A stretch of DNA of 64,000 nucleotides, from the NCBI GenBank assembly GCA_010093705.1, contig MU006091.1:62001-126000 (forward strand), given 5' to 3'. The stretch is from Patellaria atrata CBS 101060 (lineage: Eukaryota). A model generated the notes under the pieces. It made no database searches and was not told where the DNA came from. It worked only from the letters and a program-made list of their open reading frames with translations. The first letter of the stretch is position 1, and each line of letters starts with the position of its first letter. Of the stretch, positions 13,201 through 26,150 are shown piece by piece. Position numbers and translations under genes: made by a program.

Positions 13201-16200
13201 CCTTCAATATCCGGATCCTCGGTTGACGAGAGGGCTTTGCTACCGAAATATTCTACGATAGGAATCCTGGATTCATCACCCCCATAGATGTCGCGGACCA
13301 AGTATTTGATGTGGTCGTTATGAACACCATCAAGGATATCCTTCACAGGTTCGTCGACAACTCTAGAATATTTGACCGCCATAGGCCCTTGAAGAATGCA
13401 GGTTCGGCCAACGTCCTGGTCAACGACGGCTTCCAAATCTTCGGACTGCCAAAGGGAATCCTTCTTGAAGAAGAACTCAAAAGTATCGTCGAGGACGGGG
13501 ACGAAAGGGACTGGCTTTTGGCCTCGCCTCTGACAGAGTAACAGGAAGTGTTGCACATCTTGAGCATTTATCAGTTGCTTATTTGCTTCTGGGTAGACCT
13601 CCAGGACCTTTTTTACGACATCAAAGGGTTGATCAAGCTCTGCGTAATTTTGAATGATAGATGACTTTTCGCCGTCCGAAGTAAAGCGCTCCTCAACGCG
13701 GCGGATGAAGTCACCGGTCAACCTAGCCAAACTCTTGTCAATCCATCTTGATTCATGCTTGACGTACATAAGCTCGACCATACGCCGGAGGACCTCGCCG
13801 TAGGTCATATCCTCGAGGTCGACAGATTGTCCTGCGGAATTTCTACCAAACCAGACTTTCTGAAAGTCATCGTTCAGCTTCTTGATAATATATTCACGAT
13901 TCTTCTTCAGTTCAGGGACACGTTTAGCTTTATCCAGACTGAAGATCTTCTGATCCATTTCTGCCCAAAACTTTACACCTCGAGTCGCCAGTTTGTGGAT
14001 TGGTTCGCCCATTTCGGAGCGAACAGTGATAACACCACCTGCCGGGCCCTTATAAGTCTTCTCCCAGTCACCGTCGTCTAGACCTTCAGCTTCCGTTATA
14101 GCCTTCTTCGCGTTCCTGGAGGTGTGAGCTTCCTTTGCCGTCATAACACGGCTACCGAACAAGCAACCATCGAAAGGCATCGGAGGATATCCGAACTTGG
14201 CAGACCATGCACCAGTTATGTAAGGGTAGGTATCATCGGCACCACCGAAACCACTACCGGCGATGAGGATCAAATTGTCGCATTTGCGGATTCTGCTATA
14301 CATCTGCAGGATGGGCTGATGGAAATCCTCAAAGGAATGGTGACCACCACCTCGGCCGCCGGTCCATTGAAGGAGGACTGGGAACGTGGGATTTGCCTTT
14401 GCGATGTTGATGCATGCTTGGATAGCTTCCATCGAACCTGGTTTGAAAGCAATGTGCTTGATACCCAGGGTCTCAATGTACTCATTAGCGACTTCGATTG
14501 ATGGGACGCCTGCACCGATGGTAAGACCCTTGATTGGAACACCGTCAGCACGAAGTCGGGCAAGCATGGGAATTTGCCATCCCATTGCGCGAGGATTCAC
14601 ATAGATCAGATTGACTGTGATACCTCGACCTGCTGGAATAGACTTTTCAATCTTCGAAATAGCTTCCGTCATGGTCCTATCATTGTAGTAGCCGCCGCCA
14701 GCAAGTTCAATCTCGTATCCCGCATTGATTGTCGCGGCAACAAAGTCCCAAGGGACTGTAGTAGGCGTCATGCCGGCCACCATGACCGGAGGGAGGCCAA
14801 GTAGTCTGCTCATCTTGGTGTCGACGAATGTCTGGCCAGTAGAGGTTTTTATGAGCTTTGGACCGTGTACCTTGACCCAATCCACAGCATATTTGACCGC
14901 ATGATCACTATCACGGTCGAACAGCTCCGGTTTATACCCTACCTCGGTGTTCGTGCCGTCCATGGCGCCAGCCAGGATCACTCTCACACCAGTTCCATCT
15001 TTGTTACGGTTGGTGAGTACACCCAAGCCGGAAATTCCTCCGGGACCGAAGTCAAGGATATGTGTCGCTCTGGGAAACAAGGTAGCTTTCTCCCAGTTCA
15101 CAGGGTCTTTCGTGATCATACGAACTAGAGCCGGAATGATGTTGGCTGACTGCTCCTCTCTAAGATCCTTTCCTGTGTTGGTATCATACATTGGAATACC
15201 TAAGCTCGAGCTCGGGAAAACAATATCCTTCAAGTCTTGTTCAAGTTGTGCAGATGCTTCGGCCAGATACTGACTATGGAAAGGAGCAGTAATTGGCAAG
15301 AATCTGTTCACAAAGCGGACTTTACGTTCCGTGAAAGGAATCCTAGTCTGATCAAGACCAGTGGGAGCTTTGACTTTCCGCAGTCTTAGGTTCAAACCGT
15401 ACAACGAACTTGGTGGACCGGTAACAACAAAGTTGCGTGCACTATTAACAAGAGAAATGGCAATATGACTATTTCCCGGCAAGTGCTGATTTGTGGCATC
15501 GATATGGGACTGAACAGCCTCTCTCGACAGGTCACGAATTGATAACATAGGCGTGGGCGTCCCCTCTCCATTCTCAATGGAATCTTGTAGAGTCTGTGGA
15601 GTTATCGAAGTCCGAGGATACGCCTGTTGACTGCGCGCGCCGATCCAGAAAAGGGTTGTTAGGGCGTCTTTTGATGCCTTGTCAAACGACTCCCAATTAT
15701 TCGAGGCCGCAATAGCTGCAGCAGTAACAACACCTTGGGAATGACCTGTGGCTCCGCTAAGTTGGTCTCTTACGTACCCAGGGTGGGTGCCGAAAACCCG
15801 GCAGGTCACCACATAGTGCGCGAGCTGAGTAAGTCCAATAAGGGGGAGACTGACGGGTGCAGACACGAGGTAATCGGTATCTGGTTGCGCATCACGGTTG
15901 TTCAGCCAGCGGACAACATCGAGGCCTTTCGAGTAGAGTTTTTCTGCTTTTGTATCTCTGGATAGAGTTTGCAAATGTCCTGCGCAGGCATGAACGAAGT
16001 CTTCCACCAGCGGTGCGTACGTGAAGTAAACGTCACGTAATTCCTCGAAATATTCTTCAATATTCCCCTGGCCACCAAAGACGGCATAAATGCGCGCATG
16101 GCCGTCAACAGCTTCCCGGAGTAGGGCGGATTCGTGGAGCTTGATAGGCCTGTCCGCCGCCACACGGGCGGCGTAGTATGACTTGATCGTCACCAACTTC

Positions 16201-16583
16201 TTCTGTGTGATACCAGGAAGAACAGCTGCTAATGCGTGGATTTCGTTCCCACGTAGAAATGCTCTCTCGAATTCATTAAGAATGATTTTGAGCACTTCGT
16301 CGAATGAAGCCGTGTCGTCCCCTTCTTCAACTTCTTGCGCTATGAAGCCAAGGTATCTCGCTACCAATTCTTCCACAGAAGAAGGCTCGTCATCTTGAGC
16401 AAGCTCATCTGTAGGTGCTGGGATTGTCGAAAGGAAGGTATCCTTCAATTGCGATGCGCTGAAGTGTAACGCGGTAGGTATAAGGAACGAATGCTCTAGA
16501 GAGCCATGTGAGAGGATAAGCGGTCGGAGGGAAGCTTGAGAACGGGGCGTAGAGACGCCGGTTTGCGGTCCAGAGCCGTACAT
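10283..16583 (-). CDS. FAS1: Fatty acid synthase beta subunit (AT-ER-DH-MPT), one coding intron 11404-11353
   Basis: 1753-aa and 325-aa ORFs join through a GTCAGT...CAG intron. Motifs: GHSQG (AT), GRGGGHHS (ER), SGDYNPIH (DH), FTGQGSQ and GHSLGEY (MPT). Confidence 0.98.
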
Positions 16584-18071
16584 GTTTGGGTATTAGGAAT
16601 AGTTCTAATATAGAAAACGCTCAAGCATGCGATTGCCTAATAGGAAGTCAGTCAATATTGGTTCTAGACAGGACAGGTTGGATGTGTTCAGAAGAATCCT
16701 TCCTTAAGCGGTATTGAGGATCGATACTCACGTCGAATGGAGACTCAATGCAATGCTTTACTACGAAGACCCTTTCCGAGAGACTTTCTCCAGACTGTAG
16801 TTACAGCTCCCTTTGGCTTTGAAGGTAACTCTCGGGGGGAGGGTTGAGAAGAAGGGTTGGACGGAGGAGTATATTGGGCGAAGGAAAGTGTTAAAGAGGA
16901 GAAGTTGCAGACGAAAGTTGTTTGGCGGCGGAGATAAGGGGATTCTTTTGAAGGTTGGTAAGGATTAAGAGTTGTTGGTGAGTTATAGGTGGGTTGAAGG
17001 AGAATAATTGAGGAGCTTCTCTCTCGCCCTAAGCTCTGGCCTCAGGGTCTCTAAAATAATTTCTATGGGCGGTACTCGAGGTACTTTGGTACTTCCCGTA
17101 GCGTTGAGCGGCGACAAGGCCTAACTTTCGGTTGGGAAGCTTAGATCGGCCACTATACAATACCTTACCCTTAACCTCATGCACCGAAACGGGTATGCGT
17201 CACGAATGCTAGATAACACCTCACCTGCATTCACCAACACAATGGAAGGAATTGAGTATTTACTATACACTCTACGGGATGATGATTAATCCAGAAGATA
17301 TCTCATCAAAAATAGAGGTCCTATACTATGTCGTAGTGCTGCAATTGTGCAGTACGTCTTGACAGTACGGATGTTGAGAAACTTTTTTTTTTGACATGAG
17401 AGCATTTGCGGGTTGTACGGTACTGTACGGGTACGGGTACGGGAACAAGTAACTGGGGACCAGTGGGGGGCATTGACCGTTCCTGTGCAGCACTTGAGCA
17501 CTGGACACTGCGTGAGCCAATTAACGTAATTGCCTGGTAACCCCTTAAGTAACCCCAATTTCCTACCAGGCTACCAGTAAGCTTTTGGACCGATGACTGA
17601 ATTATCCAATCAAATCATCCAAAAACGCATTTTCTGATTAATAAGGTAACATATTTTCCCCCAATCCTGCCCGTTTCGTACTAGCCGAAAACTGGAATAG
17701 CCGTTGGGCGGGCAAAAAAGCTCCAAAAGCTCAACACAAGAAAGTGAGCAGATGTTGCTGCATCCTACTTTTTGTTAAGGCTCCACAGGCTCCCTAATCT
17801 ACACTACACTATCTTCAATCCTCTTCCCATATCTTCTCCATTGGTGTCTTCGAGTAAAAGAGTTGCGCTTGCTTCCTACTTTCACAATAATTAGAGCTGG
17901 ACACACGACCTCATCATAACTTCCCCCAAAGTTTCACCTCTTCCCGTCTTCTCTCTCCAACCCTCCACCCTGGGGATATTGATGCACTCATTTTCTACCG
18001 CTTGACTACGATCTTTAACGATTAATTCTAATACCTACCTTCTACCATCTACCAATTACTGACAAATCACG
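16584..18071. promoter_or_regulatory. Shared divergent promoter region of FAS1 and FAS2
   Basis: Head-to-head start codons ~1.5 kb apart, with pyrimidine-rich leaders on each sense strand. Divergent FAS alpha/beta pairs are the usual arrangement in filamentous ascomycetes. Confidence 0.75.
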
Positions 18072-21000
18072 ATGCGCCCAGAAGTAGAGCAAGAGCTCGC
18101 CCACACCCTTCTAGTTGAATTACTCGCATATCAATTCGCCTCGCCAGTGCGGTGGATCGAAACCCAAGATGTCATCCTTGGGGATAAGTCCACAGAGCGG
18201 ATCGTGGAAATCGGTCCAGCAGACACACTCGGTGTAATGGCAAAACGAACTCTTGCCTCCAAGTACGAAGCACACGACGCTGCATTGTCACTGCAGCGAC
18301 AAATTCTCTGTTACAATAAAGACCCAAAGGATATCTACTACGACGTTGATCCGGTGGAAGATGAACCAGCACCAGGCCCAAGCAGCAGTGAATCTGCTCC
18401 AGCGCCGTCCTCAGTACCAGCAGCATCAGCAGCTCCAGTCGCAGCAGCTTCTCCAACCCCCAGTGCAGGTCCCGCTGCTCAAGTTGCCGATGCTCCCGTA
18501 ACAGCTACAGATATCCTAAGGGCATTAGTTGCCCAGAAATTGAAGAAGCCCCTTATGGACATTCCGTTGAGCAAGGCGATCAAGGATTTGGTGGGAGGTA
18601 AGCGATTCAAGACTTGTATTTCTAGGGGTGTAAGACTAACTCTATCGATTTTCCAGGTAAATCGACCCTCCAGAATGAGATTCTAGGCGATCTAGGAAAG
18701 GAATTTGGTTCCACACCTGAGAAACCTGAAGATACCCCCTTGGACGAACTTGGAGCCTCCATGCAGGCTACCTTCAATGGTCAGCTAGGCAAACAATCTT
18801 CGTCTTTGATAGCGAGATTGGTATCATCGAAGATGCCTGGAGGTTTCAATATCACGGCTGTACGGAAACACTTAGAGATGCGGTGGGGACTTGGCCTTGG
18901 AAGACAAGACGGTGTCCTCCTCCTGGCACTCACTGCCGAGCCCGCTTCTCGTCTTGCCTCTGAGAATGATGGAAAGGCGTGGTTAGATGAGATGGCCAAT
19001 AAATATGCATCAACCGCGGGCATTAGCTTATCTGCGCCGACAGCGGGCGGAGATGCTGGAGGTGCAGCTGGTGGCATGATGATGGATCCTGCTGCTATAG
19101 ATGCTTTGACCAAGGACCAGAGGGCTCTCTTCAAGCAACAGCTCGAATTGTTCGCCCGATATCTCAAAATGGACCTCCGAGCAGGTGACAAAGCTTTAGT
19201 CAATTCACAACAGAGCAACAGTGCTCTTCAGCAGCAACTGGATCTCTGGAACGCGGAACACGGTGATTTCTACGCTTCCGGCATAGAATCCTCCTTCACC
19301 CCTCTTAAAGCACGTGTTTACGATTCATCCTGGAACTGGGCGCGACAAGACGCTCTCAACATGTACTACGACATCATTTTCGGCAGACTCAAGGCAGTAG
19401 ACCGTGAGATTGTCAGTAGGTGCATCAACCTCATGAACCGTTCTAACCCGTTATTATTGGACTTTATGCAATATCACATTGATCATTGCCCAACTGAGCG
19501 GGGAGAAACCTATGAGTTAGCGAAATATCTGGCTGAACAACTCATTGAAAACTGCAGAGATGTTCTCAACGAGGCTCCGGTTTACAAAGATGTTGCTATT
19601 CCGACTGCGCCTACTCTAGAAATTGACGCACGCGGTAATATGATCTATGCCGAAATGCCCAGACCCAGCGTACGAAAGCTCGAGCATTATGTTCGAGAGA
19701 TGGCCGAAGGCGGGAAACTTTCCGAATATGGTAACCGCACCAAAGTGCAAAACGACCTCCAGCGCATATACAAGCTCATTCGGCAACAACACAAGCTTTC
19801 CAAATCCTCTCAACTACAGATCAAGAGTCTTTACAGCAACGTCATCCGCTCTCTATCCATGAATGAGGGTCAAATTATGCCATCCGAGAACGGTAAGGCC
19901 AATGGCTTTGCTAAGAAGGGCGGCCGTCAAGGTCGTGTAAATGGCAACCTCAAACATGGCAAGGTTGAGACTATCCCCTTCCTCCACTTGAAGAGGAAAG
20001 ATGATCATGGATGGGAATATAGCAAAAAGCTCACTGGAGTCTACCTCGATGGTCTCGAGAAGGCAGCAAAATCCGGTGTGACCTTCCAGGGAAAGAATGC
20101 GCTGATGACCGGTGCAGGCGCTGGCTCCATTGGAGCAGAGGTGCTCAAGGGCTTGATTAGCGGTGGTGCCAAAGTTGTTGTCACTACTAGTCGTTTCTCA
20201 CGAGAAGTCAACGAATACTATCAGTCGATGTACTCAAGGTACGGCGCTCGAGGCTCTCAATTGATTGTTGTTCCCTTCAACCAAGGCAGCAAGCAGGACG
20301 TCGATGCTTTGATCTCTTACATCTACGATACCAAGAAGGGTCTCGGGTGGGACCTTGATTATGTTGTACCGTTCGCCGCCATTTCCGAGAATGGACGAGA
20401 AATTGATAACATCGATTCCAAGTCTGAACTCGCGCACCGTATCATGTTGACAAACCTGCTAAGATTGTTGGGCGCGGTCAAAGCGAAGAAGTTTGAGAAT
20501 GGCTTCGAGACGCGTCCGGCCCAGGTTATTTTGCCATTGTCTCCCAATCACGGCACTTTTGGTAACGACGGCCTATATGCTGAATCTAAAATTGCCCTTG
20601 AGACCCTTTTTACTCGCTGGCACTCGGAAAGCTGGGGCAATTTCCTTACCATCTGCGGTGCGGTCATCGGCTGGACTCGCGGCACCGGTCTTATGGCAGG
20701 GAACAACATTGTTGCCGAAGGGATCGAGAAATATGGTGTCAGAACTTTTTCGCAGCAGGAAATGGCTTTCAACCTTCTCGGTCTTATGAGCCCTGACATT
20801 GTAAATCTCTGCCAAGTGGAACCTGTTTGGGCGGATCTAAATGGAGGTTTCCAGTATATTCCTAACCTGAAGGATCTGATGACGGACCTTCGCAAGGAGT
20901 ACATGGAGACAAGTGAAATCCGCAAAGCAGTCGCCAAGGAGACAGCGATCGAAAATAAGATCGTCAACGGAGAAAAGAGCGAAGCACTGTATAATAAGGT

Positions 21001-23777
21001 CACCGTTCAAGCCCGCGCAAACATGAAGTACGACTTCCCGACGCTTCCTGATTGGGACTCGGAGGTCAAGCCTCTTAACGAGAATCTCAAAGGCATGGTT
21101 GACCTGGAGAGGACGGTTGTTGTCACTGGTTTCGCTGAAGTTGGCCCATGGGGTAATTCCAGAACTCGCTGGGAGATGGAAGCGTACGGACAGTTCTCGC
21201 TTGAAGGCTGTGTAGAAATGGCATGGCTCATGGGTCTTATTAAGAACCACAACGGACCGCTTAAGGCCAAGAGTTACTCAGGTTGGGTTGATGCCAAGAC
21301 CGGCGAACCTGTCGACGATAAGGACGTGAAGGTCAAATACGAAAAGCATATCCTTGAACATTCGGGTATTCGTTTGATCGAGCCTGAGCTTTTCAACGGC
21401 TATGACCCCAAGAAGAAACAGCTTCTCCAAGAAGTACAGATCGAGGAAGATTTGGATCCTTTCGAAACATCCAAGGAGACGGCCGAGGAATTCAGGCGCG
21501 AGCATGGCGACAAGGTTGAAGTCTTTGAAATTGCCGACTCTGGCGAATGGACTGTACGTCTAAAGAAGGGTGCAACTCTTCTTATCCCGAAGGCTCTTCG
21601 ATTTGATCGTCTCGTCGCAGGCCAGATTCCGACCGGTTGGGATGCTAAGAAGTATGGCGTTCCGGACGACATCATTTCCCAGGTTGATCCTGTGACTCTC
21701 TTCGTACTTGTCTCCACTGCTGAGGCGTTACTTTCTTCTGGTATAACTGATCCATACGAGTTCTACAAGTATGTCCATATCTCGGAAGTGGGTAACTGCA
21801 TTGGTTCAGGAATTGGCGGAACGAGTGCTCTCCGTGGAATGTACAAGGACCGTTACTTAGATAAACCTTTGCAAAAGGACATTCTCCAGGAATCATTCAT
21901 CAATACTATGAGCGCTTGGGTCAACATGTTACTACTTTCCTCCACCGGTCCCATCAAGTCACCTGTTGGTGCCTGTGCTACTTCGGTCCAGTCGGTTGAT
22001 ATTGGTTATGATACCATTGTGCAAGGCAAGGCGAAGATCTGCGTTGTTGGTGGATTTGACGATTTTCAAGAGGAGGGCTCTTATGAGTTTGCTAATATGA
22101 AGGCTACAAGCAATGCGGAAGACGAGTTTGCCCATGGACGGACGCCTAAGGAAATGTCCAGGCCTACAACGACCACTCGAAGTGGTTTCATGGAGTCTCA
22201 AGGTGCTGGTGTCCAAGTCATTATGAATGCGAAACTTGCACTGGAGATGGGTGTTCCAATCTACGGCATCATTGGCTTCACTGCAACGGCTACCGACAAG
22301 ATTGGTCGCTCAGTGCCGGCTCCTGGACAAGGGTTACTAACAACCGCCAAAGAGGCACCATCCAAATTCCCATCGCCTCTTCTGGATATCAAGTATCGGA
22401 AGAGACAGATGGATCTTCGCAGAGCAAACATCAAGCAGTGGCAAGAGTCGGAACTTTTGTACCTTCAAGAAGAAGTGGCTGCTATGAAGGCGTCCAGGGA
22501 GAACTTCAACGAAGCCGAGTATATGGCACATAGGGCGGATCATATCGCCCGTGAGGCCAAACGACAAGAAAACGATGCTTTATCCAGCTTGGGTAATAAT
22601 TTCTGGAAACAAGATCCAAGAATCGCGCCCCTTAGAGGAGCCCTAGCAACTTGGGGTCTCACTATCGATGATCTCGCTGTTGCTTCCTTCCACGGAACCT
22701 CAACCGTTGCAAACGATAAGAACGAGTCAGACGTCATTTGTCAACAACTACGCCACCTTGGTCGTAAAAAGGGTAATGCTATTCTTGGTGTGTTCCAAAA
22801 ATACTTAACTGGCCATCCAAAGGGTGCAGCAGGTGCTTGGATGTTCAACGGTTGTCTCCAAATTCTAAATAGCGGCATGGTTCCAGGCAATCGAAACGCG
22901 GATAACGTGGATAAAGTTCTCGAAAAGTTCGACAATATCGTGTATCCTAGTCGAACCATTCAAACAGATGGTATCAAAGCTTTCTCACTTACGTCCTTCG
23001 GATTTGGACAGGTCGGTGCCCAAGCTATCGGTATTCATCCAAAGTACCTCTTCGCTGTCCTTGACCAGGCACAATACAATGCGTACAAGGTCAAGGTCGA
23101 GTCACGACAAAAGAAGGCTTACCGCTATTTCCACGATGGCCTCATCAACAATACCATGTTCCGTGCCAAAGATAATTCTCCGTATCAAGAGGCTCAGCAA
23201 TCCGAGATATTCCTCAATCCTCAATCCCGCGTCGATATTGAAAAAAGGACTGCAGAATATGTCTACCCCGAATCAGGGCAGAAGCAACCACAGGATAAGA
23301 AAAGGACGGAAGAAACCCGGCGCATGGTAGAATCGTTAGCCAATGGAACAGCGACGAAAAATTCGAAGATTGGCGTCGACGTAGAATCAGTCTCTGCAAT
23401 CAATATTGAGAATGAAACCTTCTTGGAGAGAAACTTCACTCCTATGGAACTAGAATATTGCAGAATGGCCCCATCACCGCAGTCTTCATTTGCTGGGAGA
23501 TGGAGCGCAAAGGAGGCAGTGTTTAAAGCATTAGGCGTACAAAGCAAAGGTGCTGGAGCTGCATTGAAAGATATTGAGATCAGAAGCGACGAGAAAGGTG
23601 CACCTATCGTAAATGTAAGTTTCAATACCCACAACGTGAAATGACAGTTGACTAATGATTCTTCAGTTGATGGGTGATGCTCAAGCAGCGGCAAAGAAAG
23701 CTGGTGTGAAGAACGTCAGTGTTAGTATCAGCCATAGTGATGATCAGGCCGTGGCAATCGCAGTATCTACCTTTTAG
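18072..23777 (+). CDS. FAS2: Fatty acid synthase alpha subunit (ACP-KR-KS-PPT), 3 exons
   Basis: Starts [33 protein letters not shown]. The ACP motif [13 protein letters not shown] is split by intron ~18598-18656. KS motifs [15 protein letters not shown] and TGHPKG; PPT motif IGVDVE. The last exon after intron ~23615-23666 ends [17 protein letters not shown]. Confidence 0.98.
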
Positions 23778-26150
23778 AGATGGTTCTCATCACCAAGCTA
23801 TCGGAAGTGTTTGTGTAGATACTGGTTTTTGATGATAAATTCCGACTTTGTTGTCCTTTCAACGTTTAACTAAAGGTCAGGCGCTGGGTGAAGTTCGGTG
23901 TATATAGTTAGCTGCTTGAATCATGTCTCCCTTAGTCCTAGGGGAAGTGATTTGAAAATCAATTCACATTCAAGAATCCATCCATATCGTATAGCGATCG
24001 ACAGTTATCATCCCTAGCGCTTTAGGAGACATTGGGAATGTCATAAACTGTATCGTGCAGGTAAAAGGTTAGGTTAGATGTTTAATCTCGTATTAGGATA
24101 TCTTGTTACTTTCCCTGTCGTTCTACCACGGCAGAGACGTGATGTGGAGTCTGGAAATGTACTGTACCTACCGAACAGCTCCCCGAAAACTAGAACTAGT
24201 CCGTACAAATGAAGTGAAGTTAAGTTGAACCTCAAGAATCCCATAGAAGTCATGCCCTTCTTCCGAAAATTCGCAGAGTACCTTGTAGTTTCAACTGCGA
24301 CAAGAACTAGCAGCTAGCTGTGGTATACTAAAGACACGTACTTCATCTAACCCTCACACGACGAGCTCTCTCTCCGCAAGCTCAATCCCGGTAGAAATAA
24401 ACCGGTCTTCCTCGATCATGCTGTCCGCAAAGTCCCCCTTAAGCATTTGAAAAAGCACCGACCGAAATGTATTGAAGCGCGAATTCTGCAGAGGTATCTG
24501 GTCAGGTCCTAGCTTTGAGCTTCAGCGACGGTACTTAGAGCGTAAATGGAGAGCGCTGGAAGGGCGTGAGAATCAATTGTAGGAGAATGAGGACTTGAAG
24601 AGCTTGAAATATGATGTTGGAACACGAATCGCAGACCATTTTGAGGTTATTGATAGAACGTCTGAAGAGGTGCGCAGTACAGACACACCAAATCTAGGAT
24701 TGCTCAAATTCTAAACCTACATAATGTTTTGTCTGCTTACATTTATATACATCCGGTAACGATCCGGTGCGGCGATAGTCCGCTCATCCAAAGTTCAAGG
24801 CCATCTGACGGTACTTTCAAGATCAGAGTCACTAAGGATGATAAATACGCAACATTTCACCTTATAAGCATCTTCTTCAATTCCACTATTAGTGGAGCGG
24901 AAGGTGGAAAGCTACCTACGTGATTCTATCCCGCACATCAAGTCTACACGAAACTGCGGATGGAGACGAGCGTTAGGCGTTTATTAAGATAAGAGCTGCT
25001 CTTCTCAACATAAAGCTGTCCTCATAACCATGCGTGTGAGATCCGGTAAGAACAACACAAATCAAGAACAAATCTCAATGCACACCGTGCTGGATTTTCC
25101 ACTTCCAACCCTCCAACCACCAATCAGGGGTGGAATCTATGAAGATACTCGCCATTGATGGAGAATGGTATTGCACTGCTCATGAAAGTTGTACGCACTT
25201 AAAGGTTGGCTTAAAGCGTCTAATGTAAAGGCAGCTTACGATAAGACTGGCAGTTAGCCGATCGACCTAAAACACTACTTATTCAAATCTATAACAATTG
25301 GGAACTACCCGAAACCGGTATTCTGCCCTACGGTGTCCCGATTACCGTTTCTCGAGGATGCCGCTAATTGTGAGTAATTTAACCGTCATCTCGAACTTCC
25401 TGAATAACAGCTCAGAAAGAATAGCGTAGTATTATGGAGTACACTGCTATTAGACAACAATCATTGCATATTGACCTTATCCTTGCTGTTGTCTCATATC
25501 AGTAGTCACGAATCATTTGCCCGTAGTCAGTTAACCTTTCGTTCCTTTCTACGCTGGAAACATGAACAACATTCAGAACTCGATAATCCTCTTCATCCAC
25601 TATGTTAACACGTGACCGATTATCTACACTATCTGGAGATGGTACGGCTTCCAGGACGGCTAGTCATGCGTGATGGACTGCTGGCATTGTGTTGACTCAG
25701 TCTGGAAATACTTTTCCGCTATATCATCTCTAAAATGGTATTATACCAAAAGTTCTTGGAAAGCATGATCTGCACCCCAAGACTATAGAGGCATGCTCGC
25801 TAGTTTCAATACCTCACTATCGAATGAGAGTACATCCTTATTGTAAGCTCCAGGTTATAGAATGTTATTAAATGAAGAACCCTGCAGAAATCCTCGGTCC
25901 AGTACCGCGAGATCACAATCAAATACATTTCTCCACAATCCTTAGACAGTAACAGCTTAGGACGGCAATAGGCTGATCCCGTTCTTGCCGAAAACATGTG
26001 GGGTACCCCATGGGAAAGATCTCTATAAAGTAGAGAGAAAAGAGGATCCAAATTCAATCAGATCTTTGATCATTGGAAAAGACATTGATCTCGTTTTCTT
26101 CGTCCTGCAAAAAGATATTAGGCTCATACCGTCATACAATCTTCCACAAA

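Noticed and set aside
11322..23694. Many antisense and alternative-frame ORFs overlapping FAS1 and FAS2
   Set aside because: Shadow ORFs of long coding sequences with no recognisable motifs.
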